The notes below the pieces were generated by a model. The model was not told where the DNA came from. It worked only from the letters and a program-made list of their open reading frames with translations, and made no database searches. DNA of 64,000 nucleotides from an uncultured Gammaproteobacteria bacterium (GTDB lineage Bacteria; Pseudomonadota; Gammaproteobacteria; Chromatiales; Chromatiaceae). A program made the position numbers and the translations under genes. This document shows, one piece after another, positions 46,370 to 55,850 of the stretch. The stretch spans positions 376-64,375 of the forward strand of contig CAWGCA010000018.1 in NCBI GenBank assembly GCA_963820955.1, given 5' to 3'. How positions within the stretch are numbered: position 1 is the stretch's first letter; each line of letters opens with the position of its first letter.

Positions 46370-46499
46370 TTTCCCACACCATCAATCTATTATTAATAAT
46401 ATTAGCATAAACTTATATAATATTCAATATGTCTCGTTTCAGGTGTGTATTTCCCGCATTCTGGCGCAGAGGGCCTCTGCCAGGATCCGCTGAATTCGT

Positions 46500-47558
46500 T
46501 TATAGCGAGTTGAAGAATCGGTGGCCTTCGAAATTGAAAATGATCCCGTGTCGGAGAATTTCTTCGATCATAAGACCGTCTTTCGTCCCCTCTCCCTCTT
46601 TGAGCTTCTGGGAGTTGATGAGGACAAAGCGCCTCTTTGGGTCGTTTGAGTAGGCCAAGGCGCTCACCTTTCTCTGCGGCAGGCGTTTGTAGACATCATA
46701 CGGCAGGTCGTTTTCCGACTTGGCAAGAGGTTTGGTTGTCGGAGTGGCAGCCTCCTGCTGCGGCATTTTAACCGCGGCCTGAGCCTTGTCATCTTGTGCT
46801 GTATGGGGCTGCGGTGGGGCTGTTGTTTCGACCGGTTCTCTGGTTTTCGCTTGCGCTGTCTTCTCGGTACCCTCAGCGTTCTTTTTTAGAAGCTGCTCTT
46901 GGAGATCAAGGAACTCCTGGCGTAACTCCTGCTTAACAGATGATCGAGCGGTCACTGGTTGCGCTACTTTCTCCTCGGCAATGGAGGGTTGCTCAGGTGT
47001 GGGAGGAGGCTGATCTATCGCTGCACGCAGATTACTTTCTGCGGAGGGTGCCGGCTCAGATTGGTCTGTTGGATCCTCAGGAAGCGGGGTTCGTTTTGGT
47101 GCAGGAGCCGGTTGTTCTATCTCTACGATCACCACCTTCTCTTGGCTGCCCTGTTGATCAAGGTTCTGCACTGGGGGTTTCACACGAGGAGTCACTGGGG
47201 CTTCCTTGTCACCGGAGAAGACCGTATCAGGCTGTGGCACAGTGGTGGATTCAGAATGGCGGTCAGGTTTCAGTGCCACAGCCGGATCCGGCAGTGGGGG
47301 TGTTGGTGCGCGCAGTGGTGCAGCCGGAACCACTTCAACGTTTGTCGGCGGTTCTTGGGGGGTAAAAAAATGATTGCCAAACACCGCATAGAGGGCAACG
47401 ATTATCGCAAGAAGGGCCAATATGAGAGCGCTTAGAACCACGGGGTTTGTTTTGGACGGTGGCTCGAGTTCCGCGGGGGATTCTGTCGCCAGGGTGGGTA
47501 TCTGGCCCAACTCTCTTTCCTGTTGGGATTTTTTCAGGGCTTCGAGGATATAGGACAT
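46500..47558 (-). CDS. gspB: GspB/ExeB-like type II secretion assembly protein
   Basis: The N-terminus is MSYILEALKKSQQERELG, followed by a single TM, a long Pro/Glu/Thr-rich linker and a C-terminal block LPQRKVSALAYSNDPKRRFVLINSQKLKEGE..GLMIEEI. It follows gspA with a 7-nt gap. Confidence 0.75.
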   Translation of the reverse strand: MSYILEALKKSQQERELGQIPTLATESPAELEPPSKTNPVVLSALILALLAIIVALYAVFGNHFFTPQEPPTNVEVVPAAPLRAPTPPLPDPAVALKPDRHSESTTVPQPDTVFSGDKEAPVTPRVKPPVQNLDQQGSQEKVVIVEIEQPAPAPKRTPLPEDPTDQSEPAPSAESNLRAAIDQPPPTPEQPSIAEEKVAQPVTARSSVKQELRQEFLDLQEQLLKKNAEGTEKTAQAKTREPVETTAPPQPHTAQDDKAQAAVKMPQQEAATPTTKPLAKSENDLPYDVYKRLPQRKVSALAYSNDPKRRFVLINSQKLKEGEGTKDGLMIEEILRHGIIFNFEGHRFFNSL

Positions 47559-47565
47559 GGCGTTG

Positions 47566-49668
47566 TTAGGGTATGCTCTCGAGATGTGGAATACCAGGCA
47601 CCCCAGTCGCGGTGTTAAGGTGGATCAGGGTCTCAGGGCCTACGATACCATCCGGGACCAATCCTCGATGTCGCTGAAAACGCTGAACTTCTCGTTTCAG
47701 CGCGGGGTCAAATCCGGTCGATCCGGTATTGCTGGATACCCACCCGGGTAAACGGGACATAGTCTCCCGTAGCCATTGTATCGATTGGCTAGAGGCGCGT
47801 GGACTGATGACCATGGTGCCTTCCAACGGTGGTTGCCAGAGCAGCAGATAGTCCCCAGACCAGTATGGATCCAGCTGAGTCAGGGGAACCCGCACCTTGT
47901 CCGTTCCCAGGTTCAGCAGTGCGAAATTGAAGTTAAGCCCTTCTACCAGCGCATATCCGCTATCTGTTCCGTTTCCGTCCGTCAACCGAATCAAAGCAGG
48001 CCGATTGTATGAGTAAAGCTTGTTCCAGCCTCCTTTTCCCTCGCGGCAGCGTAGCCCCTTTGTTTCCGCGAATCGACAGGGTTCCATAGGTTCCAGCTTA
48101 GAGTAGATGATTGGCCCCCAGCGCTTCAGCAGCAGGGCCATGGCTGAACGTCGGTCTGTGGTCAGTTGTTCTATGCGAAGTATTGGTGTGGGCGGTTCCT
48201 GCTGCTGCGCTGGTATCCCTGGCGCCATTTTTATTGGCAGTTCGGCCTCTGGCTCGGTGGCCTCTGGCTCGGCAGCCTCTGGCTCGGTGGCCTCTGGCTC
48301 TGCAGCCTCTGGCTCGGCGGCCTCTGGCTCGGCGGCCTCTGGCTCGGCGGCCTCTGGCTCGGCGGCCTCTGGCTCGGCAGCCTCTGGCTCGGCGGCCTCT
48401 GGCTCGGCAGCCTCTGGCTCGGCAGCCTCTGGCTCGGCAGCCTCTGGCTCGGCGGCCTCTGGCTCGGCAGCCTCTGGCTCGGCAGCCTCTGGCTCGGCGG
48501 CCTCTGGCTCGGCGGCCTCTGGCTCGGCGGCCTCTGGCTCGGTGGCCTCTGGCTCGGCGGCCTCTGGCTCGGCGGCCTCTAGCTCGGCGGCCTCTAGCTC
48601 GGCGGCCTCTAGCTCGGCGGCCTCTATCTCAGCCTCTATCTCGGCCTCCAGCTCGGTTGACGCCGGAGAGTACTGAGACCCCGTGCTCTGAGTATTGGGC
48701 GAATAGGCTGATATCTCGGCCGCGGTTTTCGGGGACTCTTCAGTAAACAGCTGCTGCTGTTTCCAGGTGTAGGCAAGCCAGCCTGCGCCGGCTAAAAGTA
48801 TCGATAGCAGAATGGTTGTACGTAATGGTCGATACCAGCGTTGCCAACCAGACAACTCCAGCTTTCCCGTCAACTCCCGAGCAGCCTTGTTCAGAATCCG
48901 GCTGTCTACGATATGGCGATGGGTGGCAAAGGCGCCAAGCAACGCGCGGTCACAGAGGATATTTATAAGGCGTGGGATTCCACCTGAAAGATGATAGATG
49001 CGCCGAAGCGCCGCCGGTGTAAACAGGCGGCGTTCCACCCCGGCAATCGCCAGTCGATGGCGAATATATTCTTTTGTGTCTTTCTGCGATAAAGGCAGAA
49101 GGTGGTAGCGCGCGGTGATACGCTGAGCTAGTTGGCGCAGGCGTTTCTGTTCTAAGAGTTCCCTCAGCTCAGGTTGTCCGACCAGAAAAATTTGCAGTAA
49201 TTTGTGTCTGTGGGTCTCCAGGTTGGTGAGCAGACGAATCTGCTCCAGTACCTCCGGCTGCAGATTCTGCGCTTCATCGATCATCAGCACAGGGCGGCGG
49301 CGCTTGGCATGGGCGAGCAGCAGATATCTGTTCAGCTGATCCACCAGTACTTTGCTCGATGTCACGTAGCCTGGAACCTTGACTCCGAATTCATGGCAGA
49401 TCGAATGCAGCAGCTCCGGTACCGTCAAGGCGGGATTGAGGATTAGTGCGATATCGACATGTTCCGGCAGTTGCTCCAGAAAGGCGCGACAGATAGTGGT
49501 TTTGCCGGTACCTACCTCTCCCGTGAGCAGGACAAAGCCGCCGCCCTCTCCAGCACCATAGAGCAGATGAGCCAAGGCTTCCCGATGTTCACGGCTGAGA
49601 TATAAATAGTGAGGATCGGGCGTGATCGAAAAGCTGGGTTCTTTTAAACCGAAATATTCTGGGTACAT
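47566..49668 (-). CDS. gspA: GspA/ExeA-like AAA ATPase with a C-terminal peptidoglycan-binding domain and a long acidic repeat insert
   Basis: YFGLKEPSFSITPDPHYLYLSREHREALAHL, the Walker A LLTGEVGTGKTT and the PG-binding end LQRFQRHRGLVPDGIVGPETL are present. ATG 49668 (MYPEYFGL) is preferred over TTG 49719. Confidence 0.85.
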   Translation of the reverse strand: MYPEYFGLKEPSFSITPDPHYLYLSREHREALAHLLYGAGEGGGFVLLTGEVGTGKTTICRAFLEQLPEHVDIALILNPALTVPELLHSICHEFGVKVPGYVTSSKVLVDQLNRYLLLAHAKRRRPVLMIDEAQNLQPEVLEQIRLLTNLETHRHKLLQIFLVGQPELRELLEQKRLRQLAQRITARYHLLPLSQKDTKEYIRHRLAIAGVERRLFTPAALRRIYHLSGGIPRLINILCDRALLGAFATHRHIVDSRILNKAARELTGKLELSGWQRWYRPLRTTILLSILLAGAGWLAYTWKQQQLFTEESPKTAAEISAYSPNTQSTGSQYSPASTELEAEIEAEIEAAELEAAELEAAELEAAEPEAAEPEATEPEAAEPEAAEPEAAEPEAAEPEAAEPEAAEPEAAEPEAAEPEAAEPEAAEPEAAEPEAAEPEAAEPEAAEPEAAEPEAAEPEATEPEAAEPEATEPEAELPIKMAPGIPAQQQEPPTPILRIEQLTTDRRSAMALLLKRWGPIIYSKLEPMEPCRFAETKGLRCREGKGGWNKLYSYNRPALIRLTDGNGTDSGYALVEGLNFNFALLNLGTDKVRVPLTQLDPYWSGDYLLLWQPPLEGTMVISPRASSQSIQWLRETMSRLPGWVSSNTGSTGFDPALKREVQRFQRHRGLVPDGIVGPETLIHLNTATGVPGIPHLESIP
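48244..48656. repeat. 15-bp tandem repeat, about 27 units, in frame within gspA
   Basis: The plus-strand unit is GCCTCTGGCTCGG(C/T)(G/A), encoding (A/T)EPEA pentapeptides. Variant units (CTAGCTC, CTATCTC) at the 3' side encode AELEA and EIEA. Confidence 0.9.
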
Positions 49669-49981
49669 ATAATTCTGGTGCGGATAGGCCTCTGATTCAT
49701 CAGCGGTTAACCGGGTCAAAGGGTCGATCTGCTGCTAGCGCCATCCATTCAGTGCCGTATTGATTTCACTATATTTAGTGAAGTTTACCCAATAAGAAGA
49801 GAAACAAACAGTATTTTCAAATGGTTATCACACAAGTACACCCTCAAAATGACATTGCCCTATTCAGAGCCCACTCAAACGGCCAAGGCAAGGCGCGCTC
49901 CGCATTGAATAGCTCGATCTTTGCCAGGAGTACTAAGACCAGAAGAGAAATGCCCATGCCGCGCAGAGGGGATACGAACTG

Positions 49982-52093
49982 TTATGCGGGTTGCGTCTGT
50001 TTTTCCCCTGGCCCGATGCGCTCAAGAACGACTACGGAGCCTGCCTGAACCAGGTAACTGTTACCCCTGATTGGGAAGCTGTGTGCAGGATCGACGATAT
50101 CTTCCGGCGACGGCAGGCCCGTGTCGACTAACAAGCGCCAGGTTTGATCTTGAATCACGGGCAGTTCCATTTCCCCTGAAGATTCCGACAGATTGATCAT
50201 AATATGAAGATCCGCCTCTCTCTCTTCAACGGCAGCCAGACTGAAAGCGAGAATTTGACTGTCCGGATCATCCCAACGGGTGGTATTGAGGTGGACCCCA
50301 TGCCAGGAGACGTCAGGCATGACTTTTTCATCGCTTCGATCACCGTTCAGGAAGCGCCTTCGCATGAGGCTGGGGTGGCGTCTACGCAGGGCGATCATGA
50401 GCCGGACAAAACGCAGCATGTCTGCATTTTTTCGAGTCAGTGACCAATCGAACCAGCTCAGTTCGTTGTCCTGACAGTAACTGTTGTTGTTGCCTTTCTG
50501 GGTGTGCAGAACCTCGTCGCCGGCTAGTATCATGGGAACTCCCTGGCTCACCAGGAGCATGGCGATGGCATTCTTTGCGTGCCGCTTGCGTGTTGCCATC
50601 ACCCCGATATCGGTCGTCTCACCCTCGACACCGCAATTGGAACTGAGATTGTCATCACTCCCGTCGTGATTTTCCTCACCGTTGGCCCAGTTCCGTTTTT
50701 TTTCGTAGCTGAAGAGGTCGTACAGCGTGAATCCGTCGTGGCAGGTGACAAAGTTGATGCTGTTGATGGGCAGACGTCCCTGGGATTTATAGAGATCGCT
50801 ACTCCCGCTCATGCGGGTAGCCAGTTCACCAATCAGCCCTTTTTCACCACGTAGACAGCGACGCAGTACATCGCGGTATCTACCGTTCCATTCCGCCCAG
50901 CGGTATCCGGGGAAGGTGCCAACCTGATAGAGGCCCGCGGCATCCCACGCCTCGGCGATTAGTCTCGTCGCCGCCAGTTGATCCGAGAGCTCGATGCCCC
51001 AGAGTACCGGTGGATTACGCAGTGGTTCTCCGTTTTCGTCTCGTGCCAGGGCACTGGCTAGGTCGAAGCGAAATCCATCAACATGCATCTCTTTGACCCA
51101 GTATTCGAGGCATCCGATGATAAACATCGCCACGATCGGGTGGTTGCAGTTCACGGTGTTGCCACAACCGGTATAGTCTCGATAGAGGCCTTTGTCCAGC
51201 GGATCCAGATGATAGAAAATATCGTTTCCCATCCCTTTGAAATTGATGGTGGGGCCATCTGCACCGCCCTCGGCGGTGTGGTTGAAGACCACATCCAGAA
51301 TGACACCTATACCCACCTTATGCAGGGCCTTTACCAGATTCCGGAACTCTTTGGGATGCGTGCCTTGATCGGGAGATACACAGTAGCCAGGATGAGGGCT
51401 GAAAAAACTGTGGGTGCTGTAGCCCCAATAGTTTTTCAGCCCAAGTTCTCTGGTCTTATCGGGGACGTCCTGTTCGTCGAAGGCCATGATAGGCATTAAT
51501 TCTACATGGGTGATGCCCAGTTCCAGGAGGTAGGGGATTTTTTCAATCAGCCCGCGAAAAGTGCCCGGGTGCTTTACTTCCGATGTGTTGTGGCGGGTGA
51601 ATCCACCTACATGAAGTTCGTAAATAACGGCATTCTCGACCGGTAAGCTGAGGGGTTTGTCCTCCTCCCAGTCATAGCTGTTATCAGCCACCATACCTCG
51701 CATGGAAAGGTGGTTGTTGTCACCGGGTTGTCTTGCCGCCTGCCGCTCCCAGAGTTGGTGACCAACCACGCGGGTCCATGGATCCAGAAGGACCTTGTCT
51801 TTGTCGAAACGCAGGCCGGAGAGCCGGGTGTCGTTCGGGCCGTCCATTCGCCAGGCATACCAGGTTCCGACTGGCAGCCCTTCGACATAGACATGCCAGG
51901 AATAAAAAGTGCGATTGACGCTGGGGTTCAGGGAGATGATTTGGAAAGGTTTGGTACTGTTGGAGCGGGTATACAGCAGCAACTCCACGCTGGTTGCATG
52001 ACTGCTGAAGATGGAAAAATTGACTCCGTTGGGGTCAGGTTTAGCCCCCGAAGGATAGCGAACTCCCGATTTTGTTTCGTATATCTTGTTCAT
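49982..52093 (-). CDS. glgX: Glycogen debranching enzyme
   Basis: 703 aa with GH13 regions VILDVVFNHT, GFRFDLAS, EAWD and NFVTCHDGFTL. The N-terminal CBM48-like part reads GVNFSIFSSHATSVELLLY. Confidence 0.92.
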   Translation of the reverse strand: MNKIYETKSGVRYPSGAKPDPNGVNFSIFSSHATSVELLLYTRSNSTKPFQIISLNPSVNRTFYSWHVYVEGLPVGTWYAWRMDGPNDTRLSGLRFDKDKVLLDPWTRVVGHQLWERQAARQPGDNNHLSMRGMVADNSYDWEEDKPLSLPVENAVIYELHVGGFTRHNTSEVKHPGTFRGLIEKIPYLLELGITHVELMPIMAFDEQDVPDKTRELGLKNYWGYSTHSFFSPHPGYCVSPDQGTHPKEFRNLVKALHKVGIGVILDVVFNHTAEGGADGPTINFKGMGNDIFYHLDPLDKGLYRDYTGCGNTVNCNHPIVAMFIIGCLEYWVKEMHVDGFRFDLASALARDENGEPLRNPPVLWGIELSDQLAATRLIAEAWDAAGLYQVGTFPGYRWAEWNGRYRDVLRRCLRGEKGLIGELATRMSGSSDLYKSQGRLPINSINFVTCHDGFTLYDLFSYEKKRNWANGEENHDGSDDNLSSNCGVEGETTDIGVMATRKRHAKNAIAMLLVSQGVPMILAGDEVLHTQKGNNNSYCQDNELSWFDWSLTRKNADMLRFVRLMIALRRRHPSLMRRRFLNGDRSDEKVMPDVSWHGVHLNTTRWDDPDSQILAFSLAAVEEREADLHIMINLSESSGEMELPVIQDQTWRLLVDTGLPSPEDIVDPAHSFPIRGNSYLVQAGSVVVLERIGPGEKQTQPA

Positions 52094-52192
52094 TGAACGG
52101 CTGCTTTAAATCTACCTGAGTATGTATTTTTTTAATACCTGGCCGGGATTCTCGATCGAGTCAGCAATTGTACTCCCTAATCTGGTGTATTA

Positions 52193-52315
52193 GGGCCTGT
52201 TAACACTATGCGCATATCCATAGACGGAGGCCATTTTTTCTCAGGACAAGGCGCACTGAGCGCCGTGTACCTGCGGTACACAAGTGAAAGTGCAACGCGG
52301 TCATGGGGAAATCCG
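52193..52315. mobile_element. MITE-like element, family C copy 1 (right end missing)
   Basis: GGGCCTGTTAACACTATGCGCATATCCATAGACGGAGGCC...GTGAAAGTGCAACGCGGTCATGGGG is collinear with 54804-54971 but lacks the right TIR. Confidence 0.55.
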
Positions 52316-52470
52316 GGTTTGTCTGATTTCTCGATTCGAATTATTCCTCAAAGAATATATGGATAATATCCTATTGAATTACTCTGGAATTAGACTAGAT
52401 TATCAGGTAACTACTGGGTTGCATTCGAAGTAGGGAATAATTTCAACAGGCCACTGGAAAAGAGGGAGTT

Positions 52471-52707
52471 ATGAATACTTACGATGTTAATGTAGTAGTG
52501 CATATAGACGAGGAGTTGTCTCCCAGTGAAATACACAATGTGGAACAGAGACTTTCCGATATCAATGGGATAGTGAGTGCCTGCGCCCATGAGAAGACCC
52601 CGCACCTGCTGGTGGTAGATTACGATCCCCGGACCATTCAGGCAGGGAGTCTTTTGCAACACCTCAAGAGTGATGGTCTGCATGCTGAATTGATCGGTGG
52701 TGTCTGA
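52471..52707 (+). CDS. Hypothetical 78-aa protein
   Basis: The RBS is strong (AAGAGGGAGTT-ATG) and the sequence is compact and non-repetitive. No family was assigned. Confidence 0.55.
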   Translation: MNTYDVNVVVHIDEELSPSEIHNVEQRLSDINGIVSACAHEKTPHLLVVDYDPRTIQAGSLLQHLKSDGLHAELIGGV

Positions 52708-53081
52708 TTCGTCTGCCGCGCGGGGGAACTAATTTAACAGGCAGGATTGCTCCTCTGGGCATGGATTGACCTAAGTACTGCAGGCGCTAGGTCCTCGAAG
52801 AGAAGGGATGTGGGTGTTTGTGGCTGGGGTTTTTCCCTCTTGAAGGGGAGGTTGCGGCGATAACTCATTAAAGATCCGAACGCCCCTCGATTTTTTCGAG
52901 CTGCCCTAAAGCGAAAGGGAACGATGGCTGCGCTCCGAGGTGGTCGGGGAGAGTGATCGTCTGTACTGTTCGGATACTCCTGCCCATCTGGATAGCGTAA
53001 TACAACCAACCTGATATATTCTATCGATTATAGAATAATTGATCTCAGAGATGGGCCTGCTTGAGCAGGGGGCAGTTCGAC

Positions 53082-53465
53082 ATGTCGACGAATAAAACAG
53101 ACTCAGCTAGCGACAGACTGGATCGAATAGTCGCCGAGGCGAGACAGAACCGTGTGCAGCGTGAGAAAGGCTATCGGGAGCAGGCGTTAAAAATCTATCC
53201 CTGGATCTGCGGACGCTGTGCCCGCGAATTCAGTCGTGAAAATCTTCACGAGCTTACCGTCCATCACAAAGACCACGACCACGACAACAATCCGCCCGAT
53301 GGCAGTAATTGGGAACTGTTGTGCCTCTACTGTCATGACAATGAGCACTCACGGTATCTGGAGCATGAGGCGAACGCTCAGACTATAAAAGGCAGCCAGC
53401 AGGAAACCGCTGCCACCCACAATCCATTCGCCAATCTGAAGGATTTGCTGAGGGAAAAAGAATAG
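53082..53465 (+). CDS. yajD: YajD-family HNH nuclease
   Basis: GYREQALKIYPWICGRCAREFSRENLHELTVHHKDHDHDNNPPDGSNWELLCLYCHDNEHS is nearly collinear with E. coli YajD. Confidence 0.8.
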   Translation: MSTNKTDSASDRLDRIVAEARQNRVQREKGYREQALKIYPWICGRCAREFSRENLHELTVHHKDHDHDNNPPDGSNWELLCLYCHDNEHSRYLEHEANAQTIKGSQQETAATHNPFANLKDLLREKE

Positions 53466-53623
53466 GGAAAGTTGATCCTGTACACCTGTGAATTTCCTTG
53501 TGGAACGGAAGCAGACAGCGGGTGTCAGTGCGTCACTCAGTCGAGAGAAACTGTACGAGACAGCAGGGGAGTTCTTCGGCAGAGAGTCCGAAATGTCCGT
53601 TAGGGTCGAGCGGGAGACCTGCA

Positions 53624-53655
53624 CAAAAAAACGAAACCCTTCCAGTGCGGAAGGG
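53624..53655 (-). terminator. Rho-independent terminator of the cold-shock gene
   Basis: The minus strand reads CCCTTCC-GCACT-GGAAGGG followed by TTTCGTTTTTTT, 34 nt after the stop. Confidence 0.7.
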
Positions 53656-53688
53656 CTTCTTTATTTGAATCCAGATTCTTCGATTGAA

Positions 53689-53892
53689 TTATTCAGCGAC
53701 AACGTTACTTGCTTGAGGTCCTTTAGGACCTTTCTGAATCTCGAAGCTCACCTTTTGACCTTCTGTTAAGCTCTTGAATCCACTGCCTTGGATAGCGCTG
53801 AAATGCACGAATACATCGTCGCCCCCATCGTCCTGAGAAATAAAGCCAAAACCCTTGGATTCGTTAAACCACTTCACAGTGCCCGTAGCCAT
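53689..53892 (-). CDS. CspA-family cold-shock protein
   Basis: [34 protein letters not shown] contains the RNP1 and RNP2 motifs; 67 aa. Confidence 0.92.
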   Translation of the reverse strand: MATGTVKWFNESKGFGFISQDDGGDDVFVHFSAIQGSGFKSLTEGQKVSFEIQKGPKGPQASNVVAE

Positions 53893-54307
53893 TACACAAT
53901 TACCTTAAAAAATTAACAAACAATAAATCCACGTGCAGGTCGTGTACTGGGGTGTTCGGGCGATACAATGGAAAGGAAGGACCTAAAGTTGACCGAAAAA
54001 ACCACATACACAATCTGCAGTCTTTCAAAGTTTAAGCGAATCTTGAACTGGATACCATAGTAAAATTGCCGACTGTCTTTGATTTCTTTCAGATTTCTAC
54101 ACTCTGTAGGTAGGTGTTTTACTTACAGTAAGTAGCGTAAGAACGGTGCGGGCGAGGGGAACTGCGGATTATGCTGCAGGGCAGGCGCCCGGCGGTCAGA
54201 ACTGGATCAACCGAATCTCAGGCGGAAACCCGGTATGGATGCCACACTGGAAATGGGCGGCAGTAAGGTCAATACTGTAGCTAACAGGGGAAAGCGGGAG
54301 ACAGATT

Positions 54308-54748
54308 GTGGGGGCATATCAACATATTCTGCTGGCGGTCGATTTCACGCCTGAGGTGAGAATGGTTACCCGCAAAGGGAGGGAGCTGGCTGGACAGAAT
54401 GGGGCCAAAGTCAGCCTGGTTCATGTCGTAGAATATAGTAGCAGTAGCTACCCAGCCGATTTAGCGCCGCCAGTGGCGCTTGATCTGGATGATCGTCTAA
54501 AAAAAAGCGCCGAAGTAGAATTGAAGGAACTCGCCATTACCCATGGATTTCCAGACGCTAAGCGCTATGTTGAGTTGGGTGTTCCGAAACATGAGATCGT
54601 GCGGATTGCCGAAGAGAAAACGGTAGATCTCATCATAATCGGCAGTCATGGCCGCCACGGTATGCAATTCCTACTCGGATCGACTGCCAACGGGGTTCTT
54701 CACCTGGCAAAATGCGATGTGTTGGCGGTGCGAATGGGCGGTTATTGA
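54308..54748 (+). CDS. Universal stress protein (UspA family)
   Basis: YQHILLAVDFT and DLIIIGSHGRHGMQFLLGSTANGVLHLAKCDVLAV are present. The start is a GTG 6 nt after GGGAGA. Confidence 0.85.
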   Translation: MGAYQHILLAVDFTPEVRMVTRKGRELAGQNGAKVSLVHVVEYSSSSYPADLAPPVALDLDDRLKKSAEVELKELAITHGFPDAKRYVELGVPKHEIVRIAEEKTVDLIIIGSHGRHGMQFLLGSTANGVLHLAKCDVLAVRMGGY

Positions 54749-54803
54749 AAGTGAGCCGCAATCGGCCAAGTCCCCTATTCCACCGGGCGGAAGGTTGCAG
54801 TAT

Positions 54804-54971
54804 GGGAGGCTGTTAACACGATGTGGATATCCATCGACGGAGGCCGTTTTTTCGCAGGACAAGGCGCACTGAGCGCTGTGTACCTGCCGTACACAAGTGA
54901 AAGTGCAACGCAGTCACGGGGATTAATGGCCTCGTCCCAACGCTGGGTATCCGCATAGTGTTAACCGGCCC
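54804..54971. mobile_element. MITE-like element, family C copy 2 (complete, 168 bp)
   Basis: The left end is GGGAGGCTGTTAACACGATGTGGATATCC. The right end GGTATCCGCATAGTGTTAACCGGCCC is its inverted counterpart and ends 3 nt before the stop of the DUF2058 gene. Confidence 0.65.
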
Positions 54972-54974
54972 TAA

Positions 54975-55529
54975 TTACCATATCAAATCGTCAGGGATGT
55001 CATAGTCTGCGTAGTAGGGGTCGCTTTCGTTGTCTTTGTCTTGCTGTGGGTCACTGGGGTCATTGTACAACACGACCGTTTTTTCACTGCGATGGCGTAT
55101 CTTTTCAGCAATTTCCGGGGGGACGAGTTCGTACTCTCCATTCAGATTCACGATTGCCAGTCTACCTGAGTAGATTTTCTTGCGTACCGGCTCTGAGATC
55201 CAGATTCTTTTCACCTTAGCATTGTCGGTAAAGTTAAAAGGGACATCCTCCTCGCCTTTGGATTGACGATTGCTCTCGATCAGTTGCTTTATTTGTGCAG
55301 CAATGGCCTTTTGTTTGGCTTGTGCCGTTCGCTGACGATTCAGCAGGCGATCCCTGTCTGTATTTTCAGCAAGGAGTTTCTCCACCTGGCTTCTCTTTTC
55401 GTCTGCAGTCGCAGATCGGTTGTGTAGTTTCTGTTTGCTCTTTTTACGCTTCTGAGCATTTATTTTTTTTGCCTGCTTCTCATCAACGAGGCCAGCTTTC
55501 AGCAATTGATCCTGCAGTGACTTACCCAC
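54975..55529 (-). CDS. DUF2058-family (YaiL-like) protein
   Basis: MGKSLQDQLLKAGLVDEKQAKK is the typical family start. GTG 55529 lies 9-10 nt after AGGAGA, and the ORF-track TTG 55562 is less likely. The protein has a Lys-rich middle and an acidic C-terminus. Confidence 0.8.
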   Translation of the reverse strand: MGKSLQDQLLKAGLVDEKQAKKINAQKRKKSKQKLHNRSATADEKRSQVEKLLAENTDRDRLLNRQRTAQAKQKAIAAQIKQLIESNRQSKGEEDVPFNFTDNAKVKRIWISEPVRKKIYSGRLAIVNLNGEYELVPPEIAEKIRHRSEKTVVLYNDPSDPQQDKDNESDPYYADYDIPDDLIW

Positions 55530-55573
55530 CGGACTGCTCTCCTGTATCGATCGTCTTTTCAAAAGGGACTATA

Positions 55574-55695
55574 GGATACTTATAAAAATCCCTCCATGGG
55601 ATTTTTAGATACGGCGATCGAAAAGCGCGATTTCCGATCGCCTTAATTGTCATGCGCTTAGTTGCGCGAAAATAGTGGCATCTCCCTGCACCACT
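55574..55695 (+). mobile_element. MITE-like element, family A copy 5 (right end truncated)
   Basis: GGATACTTATAAAAATCCCTCCATGGGATTTTTAGATACGGCGATCGAAAAGCGCGATTTCCGATCGCC ... CTCCCTGCACCAC. Confidence 0.55.
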
Positions 55696-55850
55696 AGATG
55701 GATAAAAGCTGATTATGCCATTTCAAAACACTGTAACGCGAAAAATAAACCCTAGACTGAAGTGTACACATCTCGGCGGACGACGGTTCATGACAACGCA
55801 CACAAACATCGTCTTGCACCGGAAGTCTTGGCTGCCGTTATAATTGGGCC

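Noticed and set aside
48244-48656. Possible CRISPR array because of regular short repeats
   Set aside because: The units are contiguous 15-mers with no spacers, they lie in frame inside a CDS, and no cas genes are present.
48107-48746. Three overlapping plus-strand ORFs (189, 211 and 138 aa) made of SGSAA, LARRP and LWLGG repeats
   Set aside because: They are reading-frame shadows of the 15-bp tandem repeat on the strand opposite gspA. They are pure low complexity, and the minus-strand frame is embedded in a well-supported GspA/ExeA protein.
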